NCBI GenBank assembly: GCA_010909165.1
Contig: VJWM01000068.1
Location: 558,001 to 622,000 of the forward strand
DNA length: 64,000 nucleotides
Source of the DNA: Anthoceros angustus
Lineage: Eukaryota; Plantae; Anthocerotophyta
Direction: 5' to 3'
Part shown: positions 1 through 10,375 of the stretch, in pieces
Layout of the letters: every line of letters begins with the position of its first letter
Numbering within the stretch: position 1 is the stretch's first letter
The notes under the pieces: generated by a model
What the model was told of the DNA's origin: nothing
Seen by the model: the letters and a program-made list of their open reading frames with translations, nothing else
Databases searched by the model: none
Translations under genes and position numbers: made by a program

Positions 1-391
1 AACCTAAAGTGGAGGTAAAAGAAGGATTGAAGATATTTTGTTTGATGTACTAAGTGCATATGTTTTTGTTCGCAAACAAAAAGGTGCACATATTGAAAAG
101 CTCTTTTGATCTCCGGGAGATTAAAATACATGAATCAAATTATTTTTTATTTTTTATTAATTTACAACGAGAACTTACATCCCCATTTTGCAAAGAATGG
201 TTTGGATAACACGATCAATTAAATCCACTTTTGGAAATCTTCGTGAGAAACCTTTTAGCACATTTTGTCCAATTAATCCACCTACTTAGAACATCACCAT
301 TTCCGGCTTTCTAGAACGAGGCAGCGGAGTTGGTGCTGTGAAGAAATGGCAGTGTGACTGGCGAAGGCTTTGAGCTGAAGGTTCGCTCGCT

Positions 392-1958
392 ATGGATGCA
401 TGCGGGAATGGAAAGGGAAGCGAGGATTGGAGGTCGCGCATGGGCGAGGAGTCACATAGCCACATCAGAATGGAGAAGCTGAATAGGATGTGAGTTTGGC
501 TCGCACCTATAGCTTGTACCTTCATGTAATTTGGTGCAGGTGGTGCGATTCTTCATCAGGGCCGGGGAGCAGAAGATGGTGTGCACTAGTGAATTGTGGA
601 TGGAGGAGTCTGGAGGAATTCATCTGAATGGACTTGTTGGTTGCAGAGCGCACAATCTGCTGAAGCACAGGCCAGTTGAAGATGAGCAGGGGATGAACGT
701 ATTGTTTGAAAACGCGGTTGAGTGGGAGCAGATTATCTTCGACGTTGCTATCAGTCTGGTAAGGTGGGAGTGTAGACGGGGCGGCTCTTCTATAGTTGTG
801 CTGTCTTTCATGCTGGCCATGTCCTGTGTCTGTTGCAGCATGATTATCTCGTCACAGCAAGTTTGAATGCAAGTGAGGTGTTTACCAAAGCGCAGGGTCC
901 TGCTGACGGAGAACGTGAGCCAGGTGAGGTGAGAGGGGGAGGCTATAGGGAAGGGCTCATGGTGTGGTGTGGTTAAATAGCTATGGGTGTTAATTGTGCT
1001 GTGTTGGACAGAACCGACGAGTCTTCCGACAACCAGCTTTCAACCGTCAGGAGGCGGGGCTCAGGCTGCACAGAATGCAGTGGGCACCACGTCTATGTCA
1101 TGTCTTGCACTTGCTCAGGCGCATCAGCAGGGGCATATCGAGCAGCAGCCACAGCAGCCGCAACTCCCATCTAATTCTCAGGTCCTCTCGCAGCATCAGC
1201 ACCAGCACCAGCAGGGGCAGCACCAGCAGTGGCAGCACCAGCAGGGGCAGCACCAGCAGGGGCAGCACCAGCAGGGGCAGCACCAGCAGGGGCAGCACCA
1301 GCAGGGGCAGAACCAGCAGGGGCAGCACCAGCAGGGGCAGCACCAGCAGGGGCAGCACCAGCAGGGGCAGCAACAGCAGGGGCAGCAACAGCAGGGGCAG
1401 CACCAGCAGGGGCAGAACCAGCAGGGGCAGCACCAGCAGGGGCAGCACCAGCAGGGGCAGCACCAGCAGGGGCAGCACCAGCAGGGGCAGAACCAGCAGG
1501 GGCAGCACCAGCAGGGGCAGCACCAGCAGGGGCAGCACCAGCAGGGGCAGCACCAGCAGGGGCAGCACCAGCAGGGGCAGCACCAGCAGGGGCAGCACCA
1601 GCAGTGGCAGCACCAGCAGTGGCAGCACCAGCAGTGGCAGCACCAGCAGGGGCAGGACCAGCAAGGGCAGCACCAGCAGTGGCAGCACCAGCAGGGGCAG
1701 CACCAGCAGGGGCAGCACCAGCAGGGGCAGCACCAGCAGGGGCAGCACCGGCAGTGGCAGCACCAGCAGGGGCAGCACCAGCAGGGGCAATACCAGCAGG
1801 GGCGGCACCAGCAGTGGCAGCACCAGCAGGGGCAATACCAGCAGGAGCAGCGCCAGCAGTGGCAGCACCAGCACGGGCAGCAACAGCAGCGGCAGCACCA
1901 GCAGGGGCAACACCAGCAGGGGCAGCAACAGCAGCGGCAGCACCAGCAGGCAGCACCC

Positions 1959-1991
<33 letters not shown>

Positions 1992-2612
1992 GCAGCAGCA
2001 GCAGCAGCAGGGGCAGCAACCGCAGCAGCAGCAGCAGCAGCAGGGGCAGCAACCGCAGCGGCAGCAGCAGCAGCAGCACCAGCAGGGCAGCGGGGCAGCA
2101 CCAGCAGCAGCACCCGCAGCGGCAGTGGCAGCGCCAGCAGTGGCAGCAATAGCAGCGGCAGCGGCAGCGGCGGCGACAGCACCAGCAGCGGCAGCGGCAG
2201 GACCAGCAGGGGCAGGACCAGCAGCGGCAAGGGCAACCACAGCTGTAGCAGTCTCAACAACCTGTCACTTCTAAGTGACTTTTGTTTGACAGCCTCCCTC
2301 GATTCAGGGGAAGTTACTCCTGGACGGAGCAACGCATATGATAGAGTTAGCATTCAGCAGCAACGACAGCAAGCCCAGGAGCAGCGCTGACTCAGCAGCA
2401 AGCCAAGCAGCACCAACACCAGCAGCAGGGACTCAGCAGCAAGCCAAGCAGCACCAACACCAGCAGCAGCAGAGCAGAAGCAATCCCAGCAAGATCTAAC
2501 ACATCTCGGGTCCTCCCGCTGCACACATCAGCAGGTTAGCCGATTATTCTACTGCTGTTGGCCTGCGCGTGGAATCTTCGTGAATTTCTCTGACTCAGGA
2601 GCCACCAGCTGA
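392..2612 (+). pseudogene. MED15-like: MED15-like KIX + (QQGQH)n protein, copy 1; 5' part intact, 3' part frameshifted or stopped
   Basis: Exons 392-489, 647-758, 839-923 and 1012 onward splice in frame via GT-AG introns to give MDACGNGKGSEDWRSRMGEE..KLNRI/AHNLLKHRP..AVEWEQIIFDVAISL/HDYLVTAS. This matches the plant MED15 KIX pattern (DWR..IVNKI/METLKKH..FEEKIF/DYLRKIS). The Gln frame shifts at ~1950 and ~2090 and has TAG stops (2150, ~2246). The final exon has TGA at 2388-2390, followed by a broken TM-tail relic (RSNTSRVL..IILLLLA..FVNFSDSGATS*). Confidence 0.75.
1200..1950 (+). repeat. 15-bp coding minisatellite CACCAGCAGGGGCAG, about 50 units, encoding HQQGQ; followed by CAG-rich microsatellite to ~2240
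   Basis: Directly visible tandem array with single-base variants (TGG=W, AAC=N, TAC=Y). Confidence 0.97.
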
Positions 2613-3153
2613 GGTTTCTCCAGACACTCCTGGGGCAGAGTGCACCACAAAGAAGGCGTCGTGTCGAAGCAGTGCGGAAGAAGAGAGATCCAACCGCGCT
2701 CAGCGAACGCTAGATTGAACCGTGAGTAGACTGTTTCTTCCAGATCTCAGAGTTCCAGATGCTGGATCAAGCACCAGCACCGGCACCCATCTCTGCCAAC
2801 GCACGCCTCTGCTACCTACAAATGATCATAGCAATTCCCCCTGCTAGTTCCCAGCTTCTCTGCACATTATCATCAATCCTTCTCAGGTTTGAAGTGTAAC
2901 TGTAGCAGAATATGTTGTGCATATTTTGACGCATCTTTATCGAAGCTCAAACGCTAGTGTAAATACTAGCGAGCTACTTAGACTTGCGCGCGAGCTGCTT
3001 CCGTCTTCAAATCCCGTGCCACTTACGGGCTTTTACAGAGAAGCAGCGGAGAGGAGTTGTTGGTGTCAAGGAAGCAGGCAGTCGGGTCCGTGGCCGGCGC
3101 ATTCGGCTCGAGCTGAACGGTCGCCGAGCGGCTGAGAGCGCCGGCTGCCCGCC

Positions 3154-4108
3154 ATGGATGCAGGCGACAATAATGGAAACGGAAGCGGGGATTGGAGGTC
3201 GGGCTGGACGACTGGTTACGCCCCAAAATGGTGAAGAGGATGTGAGTTTGCGTCGCCCCGCGGATCCAGTTTGTGCCATGCAGGTGGTGCGATTCTTCAG
3301 CAGGCCTAGGGCGGGGTGGCCGAAGATCTAGAGGAGGGAGCCCCGTACTTGGGGTGTTCATAATATAATTTTAGGATCTCTTAATGTTGCGATTAGGGGT
3401 GCCGCTGGACTACAGTTGGTGCGCTCTAGTGAATTGTGGATGGAGGAGTCTGGAGGAATTCAGGTCGAAAACTATGCACAGGCTCATGCCGGAAGTAGAT
3501 CGGATGGAACCGATAGGTCGATATCCTATGCGAAATAATTGATATTGCTATCGGGTTTGAGCGCGAGATCTTCGAAGTTGCTACCGATGAGGTAAGTTGG
3601 GCGGGAGTGTAGACGGGACGGCTCTTTTATGCCTGTGCTGTTTCTCAATATGCTGGCTGGCCATGTGCAGCAAGATTATCTGCGAAAGATATCGTCGAAG
3701 GTTCTTTTGCTGGAAAACCGGGCGCAGCATACTGAGGAATGGCAGGGGGATTTGCAAAGGTTCCTCAGTTCGATGGGTTTACTGAGGAAGCAAACTCAGC
3801 CGCTAGCAGGTGGGTCTCAGGTGCTTGTGCAAGGGCAGCAGATCATTGCTCAACAACTGCAGAGTGGTATCGACGGAGGTCCGTCGACTCTTGCTGGTGC
3901 TCTTGTACAGAATGCCCTAGCAGCCACGCCTGTCCCAAATCTTGCACAGAGGCAGCGGTTCCAGCTGCTTCACGAGTTACCGCACTTTCAACAGCTGCAA
4001 CTACTGATCGACTACCGACGGGAACATCCTTATGGACCCATACACTTTACGGCGGCAACCCCAGGCAGACCTGCATTAATCGTCTCGAGAGGCTCGAATG
4101 CTAAATGA
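3154..4108 (+). pseudogene. MED15-like: MED15-like KIX gene, copy 2 (frameshifted)
   Basis: MDAGDNNGNGSGDWRSG..(frameshift)..RPKMVKR|gtgagt at 3242. Exon 2 ends IDIAIGFEREIFEVATDE|gtaagt at 3592. Exon from 3671 reads QDYLRKISSKVLLLENR, nearly identical to the MED15 KIX helix-3 motif DYLRKISxKxL. There are 1-nt frameshifts in exons 1 and 2. Confidence 0.8.
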
Positions 4109-5366
4109 TACAGTTCAGGGCACCAGCAGCGGTAATTCCCTACCGGAGGATGGTGTAGAATATTAATGCTTCGGTCCGTGCAGTAGCACCCATAATGCAG
4201 GAAATCGATCTTACCCGTAGAAACTGTTAGAATCGGCTCAGGTCTCACATTCTTTAAAGGCTGAGCCATAGGTAGTTGCGATGGCAATAGAATATGTGTA
4301 AACGAGTGACTTTCTGGAACATTGGAAGATGTGCAGCCGCCAGAACATTATGATGTCTGAGCAGGCCGAGAACTATAAAGCCCCGCTCGAATTTCGCAAG
4401 GACAGGACAGTCGCCCTTCCGCTTCCAACTGTTTTTTTCTGTTGTATGTGTGAATGTGATGTCCATGGTTTGCTAACGCCAGGCTTGGAGGCCCGGTGCA
4501 GAGCCCGGTCACATCTTTTCCGATTGCTTGTCCCTGCTACTGACACCAGAACTGGCTTTCGTCTGAACTCCCTTTCCTGTTTTGTGAGAGACTGCCGTGA
4601 AATCACTACCTTGTGAAAGTGTCGCCGTTAATCAAGACTGTTCCTTGCTTTTACTAGGTTTATTATATTAATTTTAACATTAGAATCGGAATGTTAGAAA
4701 CCACTTTACCAGTCACAAAAGGAATACATTTCATGGCGTCCAACTTTCATCTTTCATGGCAATCTTTGGTGCTTACCTTCATACACAAGACCATGGGATC
4801 CTGCTTTCGACCGATCACAGGAGTGATATATCGAAAGCAAGAAGACGTAAAGGCTATGCCTTCTCAGCCACCTTCTCTAGGGCTTACTTGGGGTGAGGAA
4901 GGGCTCTGCCAAGAGTCAAAATGCGAGCCTTAGCCCCCTTTTTCATATGTAGTTTATTATATTGAGCACTCACTTGGAAGACAGGTTCCATGGTGAGCTA
5001 GCGGAAATCAGCACACATCCTTTATCTTATGTATGGAAATTACAATAGGTGAGACCCATTCCGCATGTGCTACCTCCTCATTTAGAAAACTAAAATAACT
5101 TATACGTATACCAAAATATTCAAATTACGAAGTAGAAAAAATTCAAAAAAATAATTTCTCATCTGTTGCAGATGGTTCGGATACTCGGTACTTTTGTTTC
5201 ACAATCCCTAGCTAGAGAAAGAAGAGACATACTTCTTATTACGTAGAGATTGGATTTTTTTAAGATAAAAATTAAAAATACAATATTAAATATAAAAAAA
5301 TGAAATTACAATAGAGCTCTACATTGACTCTTCAGCAAATCCACCCTATGGAACAGAGAGTTTGTT

Positions 5367-5560
5367 ATCGTTTCATATTACACATGTTTCATGATGTTTA
5401 GGTTACATGTACTTTTACAAAGATGTCTCATCGTTTCATATTAAGTATCGGTTTCATGATGCTTAGGTTATATGCTCTTTTACATATATGTCTCATCGTT
5501 TCATTTTGCGTATTTATTATATGATGGATTAGATTATATATACCTTTATATAGATGTCTC
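5367..5560. repeat. Degenerate ~63-bp AT-rich tandem repeat, 3 copies
   Basis: Recurring ATCGTTTCAT..TTTCATGATG.TTAGGTTA.ATG..CTTTTACA..ATGTCTC unit. Confidence 0.75.
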
Positions 5561-6400
5561 CAATAACCTGTCATAAATCCAAGGTCATATATCAAACCGC
5601 CCAAAAGGCATCCCAAGATCATACACATTAGACAGCTCGAAGGGCAAGGATGGTCAATTCCAAGGGCAACGACGGCCAGCCGGAAGGGTAACACCAGCCC
5701 TCTTACATACGAGACCATTAGATAAAGAAAAGCTTACTAGAGGGCTAAAAGCGTACACAACAATTAGGCCACTGGCCAATGGTTACCCCAATCGGGGAGT
5801 TCTTTGAGCTCGGATCACTCCTCAAGGGAGATCAGGTAGCCCCTACTCTCATTATGAAGAGTTGTAACACATCATTTCGCGAAAACGATTACAACATCAT
5901 ATAAGTGTAGAAGCATGAAAACATACCATGTGGCAAGTGGCAACTGCTGACAATTATTCTCATTCCGCAGTTCCAATTCAAGTTCAAGTTTATTGAAGAT
6001 GTCTCCGTAGTGTATACAATTGACATCCACTAGGACGTGAAAACTAACTAAACACTTGGAGAGACAAAAGTAAATACCCGGACAATTTCAAAGATAGGTA
6101 AGACTGACTTCCTGCACTAGCGAAATACTAGGTGAAGACATTTGCGGACCAAAAGGGCAGAAGTGCAGTGCAGATCACAGGATACTCAACCTGGCTGGAT
6201 TCAAAGGTCGACACTGCTAAGGAGCTGTACACAATTGCTAAGAGCCTTATCAGCGAAAAGAAACAGGCAAACCATCCTCAGGCCACATCCGGAGCGAGCA
6301 AGGACAGGAAGCCTATCATACGGAAATTCTATCTACTGAACTGCACATTGCTTGCGAAGGCTTGAGCTGAAGGATTACCGTGCGGCCGGGTTTGCCCGCT

Positions 6401-9037
6401 ATGGATATGGATGCATGCGACAATGAAAACGGAAGCGGGGATTGGAGGTCGGGCATGGGCGAGGAAGAACGCACGCGCATCAGAATGGAGAAACTGAATA
6501 GGATGTGAGTTTGGCTCGCCGCTCTAGCTTGTGCCTTCGTCTAATTCGGTGCAGGTGCACGACTAGTGAATTGTGGATGGAGGAGTCTGGAGGAATTCAT
6601 CTGAATGGACGTGTGGGTTGCAGAGCGCACACTCTGCTGAATCACAGGCCCGTGTTAAATGACGAGGGGATGAGCGCATTGTTCGTTGACGCCGTCGAAT
6701 TTGAGCAGGCAATCTTCGACGTTGCTACCGATCAGGTAAGGTGCGAGTGTAGACGGGGCGGCTCTTCTATGGCTGTGCTGTATCTCATGCTGGCCATTTG
6801 CTGTGTCTGTTGCAGCTCGATTATCTGACCACTGCAAGTGTGCATGCGGACAAAACCCGATGGGGTAATGAACCAGGTCAGAGGGGGAGGCTCTAGGGAC
6901 GGGCGCATGGAGTGGTGTGGTATCCATCTCTCGTTGCTCTATTTCTTCTGGTTTGATTGTGCTGTGTTGGACAGGTCCATTCTTCTCAGAAACAAGTCCG
7001 TTCGACCTTCTGAGAAGACGAACTCAGACGTCAGCAGGCGGGTCTCAGGTTAAACAGAATGCTGTGGCCACCACGTCTGTCTCAAATCTCACTCAGGCGC
7101 ATCAGCAGCGGCATATTGAGGAGCAGCCACAGCAGCAGCAGACGCTCCCTCAGTTGCAGCATCAGGACAAGCAAGGACAAACGGGATTGGGTGGAAGTGG
7201 ACAACTGCAAGAACAGCAGCAACAGGCAGTCGAGCAGAGCCTCCTTCAACAGCAGGAGGTGCTACAGGCCGATGTACAAAGGGCCCTTCCTCAAGCTTCT
7301 TCTGGTTGGTATGGGAGGTCAACATTGTCATAGGCTGCAAGATTTACCAAATTGGCACTCTCATTCTCAGTGACATTTGTTTGACAGCATCCCTCGAGTC
7401 GCCAGGGCAGCAGCAAACGTTCCCTCAGTTGCAGCATCAGGACAAGCAAGGACAGAAGGCATTGGGTGGAAGTGGACAACTGCAAGAACAGCAGCAAGTC
7501 CCAGCAAGCCCAGCAGCACGGACAGGCCGACAGACATATCTAGAGGCATTATTATCATGTGTAAATGGGACTCGATCGAATAACGACTTCGGGCAGCACC
7601 AGCAGCGGCAACACCAGCAGCGGCAGCGCCAGCAGCATGTTCAGAAAGTGCCTCAGCTACAGAAGCGGCAGCAGCAGCTGCACCAATTGCAGCAGTCAGT
7701 TGGGCAGCGAACTCAACAGTCAGTTGGGCAGTCTCAACAGTCAGTCGAGCAGAGCCTCCTTCAACAGCAGCAAGTGCAACAGGCCAGTCAGCCACGGGCC
7801 CTTCCTCAAGCTTCTTCTGGTTGGTATGGTAGGTCAACCTTGTTATAGGCTGCAAGATTTGTCAAACTGTCATTCTCATTCTCAGTGACATCTGTTTGAC
7901 AACATCCCTAGACATGCTGCTACAGCAGCCTTCACAGGAGGGACTGCAGCACCAGCAGCGGTTACAGCAGCGGCAAGAGCAGCACCAGCGGCAGTTACAG
8001 CAGCAGCAACAGCAACATCCACATCCACATATTCTGCAGCAGCAGGCGCAGCCAGTCCTGCATCAATCGTCCCAAGTGGCTCAACTGCAAAATGCAGTTC
8101 AGGGCATGCAGCAGCAGCAGCAAGACCAACCACAGCTGCAGCAGTCCCAACAGCCAATCACTTCACAAAGTCAGTCACAGGAACAATCTCAGCAGTCACA
8201 TCAGATGCTTGCAGCGGTAACTAGCCAGCCGCAGCAGCGAATTAAACAGTCAGTTGGGCATCAACAATCAGTCAGGCAGAGCCTCCTTCAACAGCAGCAG
8301 GTGCTACAGGCCACTCAGCAACGGGCCCTTCCTGAAGCTTGTTCTGGTTGGTATTGTAGGTCAACCTTGTTATAGGCTGTAAGATTTGCCAAACTGTCAT
8401 TCTAATTCTCAGTGACATTTGTTTGACAGAATCCCTCAATTCGTCAGGGCATTCTATTGGCCTGTCGCATCAACCAGGCCTGTCAAGTCAGATGATGCAA
8501 ACACATCAAGTACAGCTTCAGCAACCGCCGCCTGGGGTGCAGACACAATCGCTGCAACAGCAGCAGCAGACGCTCCCTCAGTTGCAGCATCAAGACAAGC
8601 AAGGACAGCAGGTACGACAACCCCTGCAGCACATCCCTGCCCAAGTTCCTGTCTCGACATTGTATCGTTCTAACCTTTCATCCATACATGTACAGCCAAA
8701 TGGTGAACATGGGCCGCAACAAAACATGATGAACCTTCAGCAGAATGGAGGAGAAACATTTCCTGGACAGAGCAACTTATCTGGTACAGCATTAGGTGAA
8801 AGTGGACCAGTTAGCATTTTGCAGCAACAACAGCAAGTCCAGCGGCAGCAGAGACCCAGCAGCAACCGCAGAAGGAGAAAGCGCAAGGACACCAAGCCCA
8901 GCAGCGGAGCAGAAGCAAGCCCAGCGAGATCTAACACATCTCGGGTCCTCCTCCAGTACATGTCATCGTGTTTGGCGGTGATTATTTTGCTGGTGGCCTT
9001 CTTCGTCAAATTCTCTGACTCTGGTGCAGTGAGATAA
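6401..9037 (+). CDS. MED15-like: MED15-derived protein, copy 3: N-terminal KIX, Q-rich region, basic NLS-like patch, C-terminal transmembrane helix (~693 aa)
   Basis: Exons 6401-6504, 6624-6735, 6816-6876, 6975-7304, 7388-7819, 7912-8346 and 8430-9037 total 2082 nt and stay open. KIX motifs are GDWRSG, AHTLLNHRP, AVEFEQAIFDVATDQ and LDYL. RRRRKRK lies at 8867-8887 and VLLQYMSSCLAVIILLVAFFV at 8945-9007, followed by a 9-aa tail. The acceptor at 7911 is inferred because the paralogous AG reads AA at 7901-7902. Confidence 0.7.
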
Positions 9038-9056
9038 TCTAGATGGTTCTCAAACA

Positions 9057-9243
9057 TTCTCAAACAACTGTTACTGTTCGTAATCCAAATGTTCCTCAAA
9101 CGTCCGTTACCGTTCATAGTCCGCATGTTTCTCAAACATCCGTTACCGTTCAGAAATGCTTTTGTGGTTTCGGATGTGACGAAAGTTCCTGCCTTCTCAT
9201 CCAAGTTCCTGCCTTCTCATCCAAGTTCCTGCCTCCTCATCCA
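9057..9243. repeat. Two short tandem arrays (33 bp x3, ~20 bp x3) downstream of copy 3
   Basis: TCTCAAAC..C.GTTAC.GTTC units at 9057-9152; AAGTTCCTGCCTTCTCATCC units at 9183-9243. Confidence 0.8.
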
Positions 9244-10375
9244 GAAGCGAAAGAAGCGCGTTTCTCACGGCTTGGACCAGGGTTCGGAGAACACTGCAGG
9301 ATGCGTTGGAACGGTTTCAACCCTTTGGAAAAGCCTTCAGGTAGTCTCCGCCAGCTCACTAGCCAGAATGCTACTGTTCAGACAGGTCGGGATCCAGACG
9401 GAGCTGCCGGTGTGGCCCCACGGCACAGCTATGAAGAGCGTGGGGAAATATAATCCACAAAAGCCTCTATCGCGGCTACAGCTTTAGTAGCAGCAACACA
9501 GGACCCTTGATACCTGCAACAGTGCCAAACTTGTCATCCTTCCTGCCCCGTCTTGTGACATTCATGGTATAGGTGCACAGAAAGCAGACAAGAACTTACG
9601 TAGCGATGATAACATAGGAAAAGGTCCGACATATGATAGCCCCAGCTCCCGCAGGATCAGTGTGATTGATACAACGCGCAGCGTACAAGTGCTCGTCAAC
9701 AGTTGTCACCATGTCTGCACATGCAACATGTAACTTGTCGAGGACTGCCCACGCGATTCACACGCACAAGTTCAAGTACTAGTTGAAAGCATACATCTGC
9801 TTGATCCAATGTTGAAGAAGTTAGTATGTAGGGAATTGTCTCTAACCCCTTCCATCACTGGCCTGACATCAGCAGGCTTCAAGTTGAGGCCCTGTTGCTC
9901 CACCCTGTCCACACATACAGAAACTCTTGAGCCTCAGAAGGGAGTGACGCCATACAAAAAGATCCTCCACACATCTTACTCACACGAGAGTGGAGAAGCG
10001 GAAAGGACGATCCGGAGCCACGGTGACCACTGCTGCACCGGTCAGAGGTTTGCCTGTGACATCCCAACATGTGGGTTAGGTCTTCAGAGCGAAAACAAAA
10101 GAAAGGAAACAGTTTCTGGTACCAGAAGATGCTATGGTTGCTGCAGCCCATCGATCCCACCCGCGATGCAGAACAGCTTTGTCCCCCATCACCTTGCCTA
10201 CTCAAGCACCAAGCACCTTACCTTGCAAGTTGTCAAGTATGATGGGAAAAGTCTATCCAAGTACCTTCCGGTCAAGCACCTTCCTGTCGTGGGGTTTCAT
10301 CCTCTTAAGGTTAGAGTTAAGCCCTATAAGTAGTTGCGGAGCGCAACGGCTTACGATCTAAGAGCCGGTGGAGCG

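Noticed and set aside
1098-2353. Long ORFs in the other five frames, including (WCCPC)n metallothionein-like and (VLPLL)n
   Set aside because: By-products of a stop-free 15-bp repeat; only the Gln frame splices in phase with the KIX exons.
8990-9037. KASH-domain assignment for the copy 3 tail
   Set aside because: The tail ends GAVR, not the plant KASH-type xVPT/PPPx terminus.
9809-10333. 174-aa ORF upstream of NOP14
   Set aside because: No motif or splice support; likely intergenic or decayed sequence.
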